A stretch of 63,727 bases of DNA, the filler included, from Octopus bimaculoides (lineage: Eukaryota): assembly GCF_001194135.2 (NCBI RefSeq). It is 7 parts of 7 records of this genome, joined end to end, with 100 filler letters (N's around TTAATTAATTAA, not from the genome) between each part and the next. Parts side by side here need not be neighbours in the genome. Positions count along the whole stretch, not along the records: positions 47,241 to 53,391 come from NC_068994.1; positions 53,492 to 59,394 come from NC_068982.1; positions 59,495 to 62,166 come from NC_069009.1; positions 62,267 to 63,727 come from NW_026403552.1; 3 more parts are not named here. One strand, given 5' to 3'. Positions 53,367-63,727 of this stretch are shown here, in pieces; the stretch's first letter is position 1, and every line of letters starts with the position of its first letter. Under the pieces are notes generated by a model that searched no databases, was not told the origin of the DNA, and saw nothing but the letters and a program-made list of their open reading frames with translations. Both the position numbers and the translations under genes were made by a program.

Positions 53367-54793
53367 TATATATATATACATATGTATGTATNNNNNNNNN
53401 NNNNNNNNNNNNNNNNNNNNNNNNNNNNNNNNNNNTTAATTAATTAANNNNNNNNNNNNNNNNNNNNNNNNNNNNNNNNNNNNNNNNNNNNTAAGGAGTT
53501 AAGTGAGAACCAGAAAATGAAAAACAAAAACAGAAACAAAACAAACAAAAAAACTAAACAAAAAGGGAGGAAAACAAGATTATTCTACTTCACTCCTTTC
53601 TATCTCTCCAGCCATCTATCCATCCAACTAGCCATCCAAGAAGCTGGCTGGCCAGCCAGTCAGATAGACAGACAGACACCCTCCTTGCACTACTTCACTC
53701 ACCCCTTTGTATTCCACCCACACATCATGTCCACCAATCCTGTCGCCACTATATCTGTTGGCAGTTCTCCATTCTCCAGTCATAGTCATAACCCACCACC
53801 ACCACCACCCTCCACTACTGCTTCCATGACATGGATACAAGTTGTGGTGGTGGTGGTAGTATTGGTTGTGGGGGTTGTGGTGTTGAGGGTGGGTTTGTTA
53901 CTTGGAACTTGCCCCAGACACTGCCCATTGCTTCTGCCTTCTCCTACAGCAGCACATTGCTGCCACAGCTTGCCACTCGCCTGCCTGCCTGCCTCAGGGA
54001 AATAACTTTGTGTAATAAGTTTTGAAGTGAGAAAGAGAGAAAGAAAGAAAAAGGAGAGAAAACGAGAGAGAGAGATAAAGAGAGGGAGGGAGGAAGAGAA
54101 AGAGAGAGAGAGGAAAGTTGAAAGTCTTGTGTGCTAAACAGTTAGCTTTAGCACCACAGTTAATTCCATCAAGGCATCTGGCGAAGCTCATTTATTAGAG
54201 CCTACATTTATACCATCAACTTGGTTCTTTGCCACCTTTTTCGTTTTTTTTTTTATATACACTTCACCCCTTCCCCCTTCTCTCTCTCTTTCTCATAGCT
54301 TTAATAAGAGAATTTAGTTCTGGGTAAGTATATGTATTCTTGCTTGTGTGTGTGTTTGTAAAGGCGGAGCAGGGTAGGGAACCAACCTCATTTACATCAC
54401 CTATTTCTTTTTCTTCTCCTACTTCTCCCCCCACTCTTCCTCTAGCCTTCATCATTTTCATCTTTGTCGTCTTCATCTTCCAATAGTGGAATGCCTTCTT
54501 TGCCAGCATTTAGAAACGAGGTTATATTATTTTGAGTAACATTAGATGTTCATCAGAGAGAAAATTGATAAATAAGGCAATAATAATAAGTAAACCGTTA
54601 GACTAGGCATAAGGCCAATTGGTGTAGAGGAGAGCAGTAAGGTATAAGTTGATTGAATTAACCTCAATATTTTACTGCTACAATGCACTTAATCATCCTG
54701 GAAAGGATGTTAGCCATATAGTTGACCACATAATTAATTACATTGTGATCTGTTGAAAAAAAATGGTAAAATGGTAATAATAGTTTTAATTAT

Positions 54794-55171
54794 AACAAGA
54801 GCACTCAGAGAGCACAAAACTCCACCAAGGCAACACCAACGTCCGCTAAATGATTAGCCAGAGATGATTTTTAAAATGGGAATATCTGAAATAAACTCGA
54901 CTGCTCTCAGAAATGAGAATACTAAAAATGAACCCAACTGCTCTCAAAAATTAATTAAAAAACACAGGAAAAATAATCCAGAATCCATGTCTGGTACTGG
55001 ATCGATCCCAAAATCTAATTGGTTTGGCCAGTCATGAGGCCAAACATCCCTGAAAGTTTTACCTAAATCCATCCAGCAGTTCTTGAGATATCCTGTCCAA
55101 GGACAAATAAACCAAAGAAACAAACCCGATTGAAAACAATACCTCCACCTTAGCAAAGGTGGAGATAATAA
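54794..55171 (-). mobile_element. Helentron-associated HINE/DINE-1-like element, near complete
   Basis: Minus strand starts with TTATTATCTCCACC...GGTGGAGGT hairpin and ends with ...GCTCTCTGAGTGCTCTTGTT. Confidence 0.65.
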
Positions 55172-55491
55172 TGGTTTCTTACCCAGGTGTAAAGGCTATA
55201 TAGTTTAGCAGGGAGAGAGCAATTGGTTATACAGACTTTAGTATCTGATTGGTAGTTTAGTGATAGTTTGCCTTCCAGAGAGATTTCAACACAAAATTTA
55301 AAGGCATGCATCATGCATCATGACTGTGTGGTTAAGAAGCTTGTTTTGCAAGCAAGTTGTTACAAGTTCAATCAGACTGCATAGCACCTTGGGCAAGTGT
55401 CTTCTTTGTTCGAACAATGCTTTGTGAGTGAAGTTAGTTGAAAGAAACTGTGTGGAAGCTTGTTGTATGTATATATATATATAATAATATA

Positions 55492-55880
55492 GTGGAGGTG
55501 CAATGGCCCAGTGGTTAGGTCAGCGGACTCACGGTCATAGGATTGCGGTTTCGATTCCCAGACCGGGCGTTGTGAGTGTTTATTGAGCGAAAACACCTAA
55601 AGCTCCATGAGGCTCTTGCAGGGGATGGTGGTGAACCCTGCTGTACTCTTTCACCACAACTTTCTCTCACTCTTACTTCCTGTTTCTGTTGTGCCTATAA
55701 TTCAAAGGGTCAGCCTTGTCACACTGTGTCACGCTGAATATCCCCGAGAACTACATTAAGCGTACACGTGTCTGTGGAGTGCTCAGCCACTTGCATGTTA
55801 ATTTCACGAGTAGGCTGTTCCGTTGATCGGATCAACTGGAACCCTTGATGTCGTAAGCGACGGAGTGCCAACAACAACAA
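55492..55880 (+). mobile_element. SINE family B, full length with (AAC)n tail
   Basis: Colinear with 24604-24986. Confidence 0.9.
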
Positions 55881-56546
55881 ATAATAATATNNNNNNNNNN
55901 NNNNNNNNNNNNNNNNNNNNNNNNNNNNNNNNNNNNNNNNNNNNNNNNNNNNNNNNNNNNNNNNNNNNNNNNNNNNNNNNNNNNNNNNNNNNNNNNNNNN
56001 NNNNNNNNNNNNNNNNNNNNNNNNNNNNNNNNNNNNNNNNNNNNNNNNNNNNNNNNNNNNNNNNNNNNNNNNNNNNNNNNNNNNNNNNNNNNNNNNNNNN
56101 NNNNNNNNNNNNNNNNNNNNNNNNNNNNNNNNNNNNNNNNNNNNNNNNNNNNNNNNNNNNNNNNNNNNNNNNNNNNNNNNNNNNNNNNNNNNNNNNNNNN
56201 NNNNNNNNNNNNNNNNNNNNNNNNNNNNNNNNNNNNNNNNNNNNNNNNNNNNNNNNNNNNNNNNNNNNNNNNNNNNNNNNNNNNNNNNNNNNNNNNNNNN
56301 NNNNNNNNNNNNNNNNNNNNNNNNNNNNNNNNNNNNNNNNNNNNNNNNNNNNNNNNNNNNNNNNNNNNNNNNNNNNNNNNNNNNNNNNNNNNNNNNNNNN
56401 NNNNNNNNNNNNNNNNNNNNNNNNNNNNNNNNNNNNNNNNNNNNNNNNNNNNNNNNNNNNNNNNNNNNNNNNNNNNNNNNNNNNNNNNAAAGAGTATATA
56501 TATAAAATATATATAAATACATGCACATATTTGAATACATATATAT

Positions 56547-56597
<51 letters not shown>

Positions 56598-57380
56598 TGT
56601 GTGTGTGTTCTGAACTCTGCAAAGAATATGAGAACAAAACAGTTTTTTAATTCCAATCATTTCTCATTTCTTAATCTTTGACTTTGGATTTTTAATATTT
56701 GGTAAGATGGCATACACATCAAAACCAGTAATATTTCATAAAAATCACTTAATGTGACAAATATAAAAATATTTATCTTGTCTGAGTAAAGGTGGAAAAA
56801 AAAGGAAATAAATTTTTAAATCAATGCTGTTTCCATGTCTACTGTTTACCAACACACATACACATATGCATATGTGTGTGTGTGTGTGTGTGTATGTGTA
56901 CATATATGAGTGTGTGTATGTATGAGTGTGCGTGTGTGTATGTATGCATATATGTATGTATGAATGTATGTGTGCGTGCATGTGTGTATATGTGTATGTA
57001 TGTTTGTGTGTGTGCCTATGTATTTGTTAGCCAATGTATTTGATAGCCAAATCCCTATAGTTTATCAATTTGGAAAAAGATACCAATAGAAAACTGCACC
57101 AGACTTTCAAAAAAAGGACTGAGGTTGATTTATTTGACTAAACCCTTCAAGGCAGTGTCCCTAAATGGTTGCAGTCCAGTGACGAAACAAGTAAAAGATG
57201 GCTGTAAACAAAATACAATGTAGCATTTTTGTTTGATGCTTTATTCTTTTGACTGGTGCCTCACCATCTTGTCTGGTGTTCTATAACAATATTGTTATAT
57301 CTACCATAGACACAAGGTCTCACATTCATGGGTGATGTGGAACAAGGAGAATAAATTGACCCCAGTATTTGAATGATACT

Positions 57381-57604
57381 TATAGTTTAACACTTGAAGG
57401 ACAAAAGGCAAAGTTGCCCCTGACAGGAAACATAAAAGGATATGGCTACATAAAAGGATATAGTTTAACCCTTGAAGGACAAAAGGCAAAGTTGCCCCTT
57501 GGAGGGAACATAAAAAGATATGGCTACATAAAAGGATATAGTTTAACCCTTGAAGGACAAAAGGCAAAGTTGCCCCTGACAGGGAACATAAAAGGATATG
57601 GCTA
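57381..57604. repeat. 78-bp tandem repeat x2.9 derived from a family M SINE fragment
   Basis: Units start at 57381, 57459 and 57537; the core GAAGGACAAAAGGCAAAGTTGCCC resembles GAAAGGATGAAAGGCAAAGTCGACC of the minus-strand SINE at about 61498. Confidence 0.85.
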
Positions 57605-58118
57605 ACTCTGTGGAAGTTTAGTTATGCTTCATTTGTTACCGTTTCAACAATACATAACCATCTACTATAATAATACTCTTGCGTATTTCTCTGTCACAAC
57701 ATATGAATGAGAAAGGAAGGGGTGATAGATGAATAAGGAAGGAAGGGGTGATGACAAACTTGGTAGTAGGAGCATTTCAACTCTATGTGAGTATATGTGA
57801 GTGTATGTGTGTGTACAAGAGAAGTAAGTATGTGAATGTTTGTATGTGTGATTATTTTGTACCTTATTCATATATAAAATACTACAATTAGCTGTCATTT
57901 TTGACAGCATAGTGCCAGCTAGTGAGCAGTAATAATAATGATGATGATGATGATGATGACAACAACAGTGATGCTAATGACAAAGCAGTGATGACAATGA
58001 CAAACAATGACGACTGAAATGGTGATGACACTGCAATGACAGTGACTGCAATGACAACGACGATAATGATAATGATGGGAATGATGCTTCTTTTATTAGC
58101 TACAAAGGCCAAATATAT

Positions 58119-58345
58119 GGAGAGATGTGGCTTAGTGGTTAGGGTGTTGTGCTTATGATCATAAGATTGTGGTTTCAATCCCCAGACTGGCTGTGCATTG
58201 TGTTCTTGAGCAAAACACTTTATTTTGCATTATTCCAGTCCATACAGCAGGCAAAAATGGATAATATTGTGATGAACTGGTGTCCCATCCAGGTGGAGAA
58301 TTTGTATGTCACAGAAACCAGGAAACCAGAAAACCAGCCATATGA
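58119..58345 (+). mobile_element. Old tRNA-derived SINE with a Nin/Deu-like domain
   Basis: TGGCTTAGTGG A-box, GTTTCAATCCC B-box-like, GATGAACTGGTGTCCCATCCAGG...CACAGAAACCAGG; domain identity recalled, not verified. Confidence 0.5.
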
Positions 58346-58460
58346 GCTTATGGCTCAGGAAGAACCATTGATGCTTTTGTTGAAGACAAAGTGCAAAGAA
58401 GAAATATGAATTAGATGGAATTTATATTAAGTAAAATGGTAAAATCAACATTGGGACATT

Positions 58461-58610
58461 GAAATTCTCTTAGGTGTCCAGCAAGGCTGAGTTCTATTAC
58501 CAATGCTCTTCAACTATATCATCAGCTGGATCATAGAGCATACTTTGGAGGATCTCCTGGATGTCTCAGTGTCTGGAGGTTTGATTTGGACTAACCCTCT
58601 TGCACATTAA
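58461..58610 (+). mobile_element. RTE-like reverse transcriptase fragment
   Basis: EILLGVQQG*VLLPMLFNYIISWI matches the GVRQGCVLSPxLFN motif. Confidence 0.65.
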
Positions 58611-59494
58611 CGGATCCTTAGTTCGGTGAGAGAAGTCAACATTCCACAGAGAATTGCTCTCCAGTTATCAAAGACTGTGTCAACCAAGGTACCATAGTCA
58701 ATGGACGTCCTCATTACCTTCTACCATTGCTCTAGAATGGCCCAACACCATCCTCAGAAGCAAAAAACAGTACTTTTATATCCCAGTTCAAACAGGATGT
58801 AACTTCAATGTCTCCGAACACCGTAGCAATGACTACATACAAAAGGGGACATCTTATACTACTACTACTACTACTATTGCTGACGATGATGATGATAATA
58901 GTAATAATAGTAATAATAATAATAATGAAGAAAGAAAACAAGACTAACTGAACAGAAATGACAAACAACAAAGAAAAAAAGATAAATGAAAAGTTTAAAT
59001 TTAAGAGAAAAGACAAAAAAAAAAAATCCGGTTTGTCTCTTTAGTTTAGTTTTGAAAAATCTCATGAAGGTTATCACAATAAATTAAAGTTTGGGAAACA
59101 TCTACCATTGTAGAGTCAAAAAAAAAACCATTTTCTTGACAGCTTGTTTATTTTAAGATTTTTCTTATGACTTAGCTAAACAATATATAAATTTTACGTT
59201 TTTGTATCATGTGAAGTATTATGAATGCATGGTATTATTATAAACATAAATGGACATAAACACTCATATATGCATTCATATATGTATACATGTATGTGTG
59301 TGCATGCATATGTGTGTGTGTGCATATTTGTATATATATGTATACATATATATGTGTGTGTGTGTGTGTATATATATATACACACACACACACANNNNNN
59401 NNNNNNNNNNNNNNNNNNNNNNNNNNNNNNNNNNNNNNTTAATTAATTAANNNNNNNNNNNNNNNNNNNNNNNNNNNNNNNNNNNNNNNNNNNN

Positions 59495-59529
<35 letters not shown>

Positions 59530-59597
59530 GACAGACAGACACACATTCTCATTTTTATATATATATAGATATTCTGTTATTCTCTCTCACACACACA

Positions 59598-60086
59598 GGC
59601 GATCTTACGGTATGAGTCCTAAATATCGGCCTTTTCCGTAAAAAGTGTCTTCGGCGATCTTTACCAAAGATCGGCCTTTTCCGTAACACCCACACGATCT
59701 TCACTATGGTGTTAGGGTTAGGGTTTTAGTGTCAGGATTAGGATTTTAGGGTTACGGTTACGGTTAGGGACTGAATTCCCTAACCCTAACCCTACCCGTA
59801 CGATCTTCACTACGGTGCTAGGGTTCGGGTTTTAGTGTCAGGGTTAGGGTTTTAGGGTTAGGGTTAGTGTTTAAGGTTACGGTTAGAGACGGAATTCCCT
59901 AACCCAAACCCAAGCCCTAAGCCCTTCAAAATAAATCGCGCTCTGTGTATGTCTTTCGCTTTTATGATGTCGTTTCCCTGTTTCTCTCCAACACTTCTTA
60001 CGGAAAAGGCCGATCTTTGGTAAAGATCGCCGCAGACACTTTTCACGGAAAAGGCCGATATTTAGGACTCATACCGTAAGATCGCC
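59598..60086. mobile_element. 489-bp MITE with 89-bp TIRs and internal telomere-like (TTAGGG/CCCTAA) modules
   Basis: 59598-59686 versus 59998-60086 are reverse complements with 2 mismatches; inserted in a CA microsatellite. Confidence 0.9.
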
Positions 60087-60447
60087 CATACACACACACA
60101 CACACACACGTATTATGTACGTACGTACGAGAGGGAGTTTAAAAGTTACTGACTTTCAGGGTGTCGCGAAAGGCTTGGTTGGAGGTCCAATCTCCTGAGT
60201 TCTTTCTTTAATAGGACTTTAAAAGACTGAAGGACCCCTGCAATAAGTGTGTGAATCTGAGAAAGGAATATGTTGAATAAATTCATAATCAACTGATCCC
60301 CCTTTAATTTCTTTCACCCAAAGCGAAGAACTTTTCAACACCTTCGTGTGTGTGTGTACTTGTATTGTGTGAATGTACGTATTAAAAATGAAACTTTTTA
60401 CTTTCCATTTCAAGAGAAATCTGTGATAACTGGCTGGAGGAGTAGAA

Positions 60448-60494
<47 letters not shown>

Positions 60495-60849
60495 CACAGA
60501 TATACGACTTCACTCTCTGTTCCATAAAATCTTCCCCCTCCCCCCACCATGCATCCGCCCATCCAACCGCCGCCACCATTACCACTGTTATACTATCGCT
60601 ATCGCCTATCCTGGTGTCAAAGTTAACTGTCCTTTGTTTTTGTGTATACATGTATCTATACAATCTTCTTTGTGTGGGTGTGTGTGTCTGTACACGATTG
60701 TGTTTGCGCGTGGATTTCCAAAAGTGTAATTGAGATCATGTCACGAAGTGCATCATGAAATCACAGTTATTAACACATTCTAAACCAGCTTACTCACTAG
60801 GAATGCCTATTTGTGTATGTTCTTGTCTGCGTGTGTAGTCTGTCATACC

Positions 60850-60889
60850 GGCCATGACGAAGGGACATAGCCCTGAAACTCGAGTCGCC
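60850..60889 (+). ncRNA. Minimal type I hammerhead ribozyme motif with a one-base insertion in the core
   Basis: GGC-C(A)TGACGA-AGGG-ACATAG-CCCT-GAAAC-TCGA-GTC-GCC: stem I GGC/GCC, 4-bp stem II, palindromic TCGA loop on helix III, GUC site. Confidence 0.65.
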
Positions 60890-61399
60890 TTTATATATTT
60901 ATATTTATATATTTGATCCTTTATATTGAACACTCAATATTTCATCTACATTCAATACTTTCTTTCATGGTGCCATCCATTTTTATTTTATTTTATTTTA
61001 TATTATATTATATATTGTATATTCCATATTCTATACCCCACATTAGTTCTGCAGGAATATAAATAAAACATAAAAAACAGACAGNNNNNNNNNNNNNNNN
61101 NNNNNNNNNNNNNNNNNNNNNNNNNNNNNNNNNNNNNNNNNNNNNNNNNNNNNNNNNNNNNNNNNNNNNNNNNNNNNNNNNNNNNNNNNNNNNNNNNNNN
61201 NNNNNNNNNNNNNNNNNNNNNNNNNNNNNNNNNNNNNNNNNNNNNNNNNNNNNNNNNNNNNNNNNNNNNNNNNNNNNNNNNNNNNNNNNNNNNNNNNNNN
61301 NNNNNNNNNNNNNNNNNNNNNNNNNNNNNNNNNNNNNNNNNNNNNNNNNNATATATATATATGTAAATGTAATTACACACACGCCCATATATATTCTTT

Positions 61400-61552
61400 T
61401 CTTTTCTACTCTAGGCGCAAGGCCCGAAATCTTTGGGGAGAGGGCCAGTCGATTAGATCGACTCCAGTACGCAACTGGTACTTAATTTATCGACTACGAA
61501 AGGATGAAAGGCAAAGTCGACCTCGGCGGAATTTGAACTCAGAACGTAAAGA
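61400..61552 (-). mobile_element. SINE family M, 5'-truncated
   Basis: ACTGGTACTTAATTTATCGAC...GAAAGGCAAAGTCGACCTCGGCGGAATTTGAACTCAGAACGT. Confidence 0.85.
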
Positions 61553-61855
61553 CACACGCACATACATAGCCACACATTGATATATGTGCGTCTCTGTGTG
61601 TGTATCATCTGCGCTGTGTGCCTCCATGCGTTTTTTCGAGTACGTGCGCATGCGTACGGTATCCATGTATATTTTTCGTCGGACTTCGGAAACACCAGCA
61701 AGTTGGAATTTCTCCGTTTTGGCAGGGATTTTTCGGATCTTTTTAACGGAAATGCTTTGGACTATCTTTTTAGGGGGAAAAATTACGATAAATGTTTCTT
61801 TTCTTTACGATCTTCCCGTCTTCGGATCGATTTTGGTCTCAATTTTGTGGGCACT

Positions 61856-62166
61856 AGGCGCAGGAGTGGCTGTGTGGTAAGTAGCTTGCTTACCAACCAC
61901 ATGGTTCCGGGTTCAGTCCCACTGCTTGGGCAAGTGTTTTCTACTATAGCCTCAGGCCGACCAAAGCCTTGTGAGTGGATTTGGTAGACGGAAACTGAAA
62001 GAAGCCCGTCGTATATATATATATGCATGTTTGTGTGTCTGTGTTTGTCCCCCCACCATCACTTGACAACTGATCTTGGTGTGTTTACGTCCCCATAACT
62101 TAGCGGTTCGGCAAAAAGAGACCACTAGAATAAGTACTAGGCTTACAAAGAATAAGTCCTGGGGTC
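61856..62166 (+). mobile_element. SINE family A, young copy cut by a spacer
   Basis: GGCGCAGGAGTGGCTGTGTGGTAAG head, GGTTCAGTCCC B-box-like, central and tail blocks. Confidence 0.9.
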
Positions 62167-62437
62167 NNNNNNNNNNNNNNNNNNNNNNNNNNNNNNNNNN
62201 NNNNNNNNNNTTAATTAATTAANNNNNNNNNNNNNNNNNNNNNNNNNNNNNNNNNNNNNNNNNNNNATGTGTAACAGAAAGATGTCAATTACTGGGGAAA
62301 AGTTTGTAAAATGGCATGCGACCATGCTGTTAGATGTATCAGATTGTTCAGGCAGCTGTGTTGTGTCCATGTGGGGTATTCGAAATTAGTGAGTATGTGT
62401 AGGTTGAGAAATGACGTCACTACACCAGATGCCCACA

Positions 62438-62739
62438 GGCATCTGGCGTAGTGGTTAAGAGCGTGGGCTACTAACCCCAAGATTCTGAATTCGNNNNNNN
62501 NNNNNNNNNNNNNNNNNNNNNNNNNNNNNNNNNNNNNNNNNNNNNNNNNNNNNNNNNNNNNNNNNNNNNNNNNNNNNNNNNNNNNNNNNNNNNNNNNNNN
62601 NNNNNNNNNNNNNNNNNNNNNNNNNNNNNNNNNNNNNNNNNNNNNNNNNNNNNNNNNNNNNNNNNNNNNNNNNNNNNNNNNNNNNNNNNNNNNNATAATG
62701 TAAATAATGTACATAATTCCTCATCTCTTAAATATAGAA
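62438..62739 (+). mobile_element. Second copy of the tRNA-head element (family H); middle is in an N gap
   Basis: A-box TGGCGTAGTGG (62444-62454), GGGCTACTAACCCCAAGATTCTGA, then after 201 N the same tail as 9917-9956. Confidence 0.8.
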
Positions 62740-62784
62740 ATGGCGTCAAAGTTTGTTTATTATTATCATCACTGTTATTGTTGT

Positions 62785-63075
62785 TCATAAGGTGGTGAGC
62801 TGGCAGAATCGTTACCATGCCAGGCAAAATGCTTGGTAGCATTTTGTCCATCTTTACATTCTGAGTTCAAATTCTGCCTTGGCTGACTCTNNNNNNNNNN
62901 TTTTGTCCATCTTTACATTCTGAGTTCAAATTCTGCCTTGGCTGACTCTGCCTTTCATCCTTATGGGGTTGATAAAATAAGAACCAGTTGAACAACTGGA
63001 GTCAATGTAATTGGCTTAGTCCCCACCACTCATATTTGCTGACCTTGTAACAAAATTTGAAACCATTATTATTAT
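62785..63075 (+). mobile_element. SINE family M, with sequence duplicated across a 10-N gap
   Basis: AAGGTGGTGAGCTGGCAGAATCGTT head; TTTTGTCCATC...GGCTGACTCT occurs on both sides of the gap. Confidence 0.8.
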
Positions 63076-63185
63076 CAATGGTTGTTGATAATAATTATTA
63101 TTATCAACATTATTATTATCATCATTATTAATGTTGTTGTTATTGCTGTTGCTATTAATATTATTATTACTTTCCTCTTTTACAG

Positions 63186-63640
63186 GTTATCACTGCAAGT
63201 TTTACAATGATGGATGCTCATCGGATGCAGAATGCTGCAGTGGAAGATGCATGCAGAAGCATGAAGGCACAAACTTTCGGTGCACTCCAAGTGCACTGCA
63301 TCAGCCATGCGTTTATGACTACCATTGCAGTGATGGCTTGGAGTGCTGTGAAAAGACTTATAACTGTTGCTCCCCCATCTGGAAAGACTGCATGTATTCC
63401 GTTGACTGCTGTGACCCAGAACACAAGTGTATCCATGTGAAGGGCTTCACATATAAGCGATGCCTGGTGTCAGCAACTGCTGATGTCATCCATAGCACGT
63501 CACTGCCAATCTTCTCATCACTGGTTGCTTCTTGTTTCGTCTTTCTCATTACCTTCCTTCGCATGCCTCTTCATTCTTCTGCTAATGTGAACGAAAGACG
63601 GAAGCCTTCTGCTGGTCATTACAATCGATGGAGCTGCTAA
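63186..63640 (+). CDS. Probable terminal coding exon of an uncharacterised Cys-rich protein: two knottin (ICK)-like domains, a middle 5-Cys module and a hydrophobic membrane-anchor segment
   Basis: Polypyrimidine acceptor TTTCCTCTTTTACAG ends at 63185 (phase 1); 17 Cys before the anchor; C-x6-C-x5-CC-x3-C-x10-C and C-x6-C-x5-CC-x5-C-x10-C; LPIFSSLVASCFVFLITFL hydrophobic stretch. The upstream MLLLLL part of the listed ORF is microsatellite/intron. Confidence 0.8.
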
Positions 63641-63727
63641 AAATAGCCCCAGTAACCAAATTTCTCTCATAGCATCTCCTACCAATCTTAAAGGAAGCTG
63701 GACACATTGAATAATGTAGTCCTACAC

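Noticed and set aside
57381-57604. Regular repeats as a CRISPR-like array
   Set aside because: Eukaryotic context, contiguous units with no unique spacers, and no cas genes.
62845-62950. Direct repeat of about 46 bp across a 10-N gap
   Set aside because: Typical unmerged contig overlap; an assembly artefact.

Overview
Eukaryotic, AT-rich, microsatellite-saturated animal DNA. The SINE families and the CA/TA/GA microsatellite density point to an Octopus-like coleoid cephalopod (inference from recalled repeat sequences, no search run). The window has many N gaps. Six of them are 100-nt artificial spacers (44 N + TTAATTAATTAA + 44 N), so adjacency across those joins is unreliable. Nearly all ORFs in the supplied track are translated microsatellites or N-runs. 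Recognisable protein-coding sequence consists of decayed transposable elements (Penelope-like RT at 31.4-32.3 kb, Penelope-like GIY-YIG at 45.7-46.1 kb, Tx1/L1-clade LINE at 34.7-38.5 kb, DD37D/maT Tc1-mariner at 38.8-40.1 kb, RTE and R4/Dong fragments) plus one probable host exon at 63186-63640. That exon encodes a Cys-rich protein with two knottin-like domains and a hydrophobic anchor. The most interesting signal is a tRNA-headed SINE-like element carrying a minimal, dimer-type hammerhead ribozyme. It has two copies (9.7 kb and 62.4 kb; the ribozyme part of the second lies in a gap), both with inverted duplications at their 5' ends. Two further minimal hammerhead motifs lie at 6.4 kb and 60.9 kb. 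Together these suggest a Penelope-mobilised, retrozyme-like non-autonomous element.
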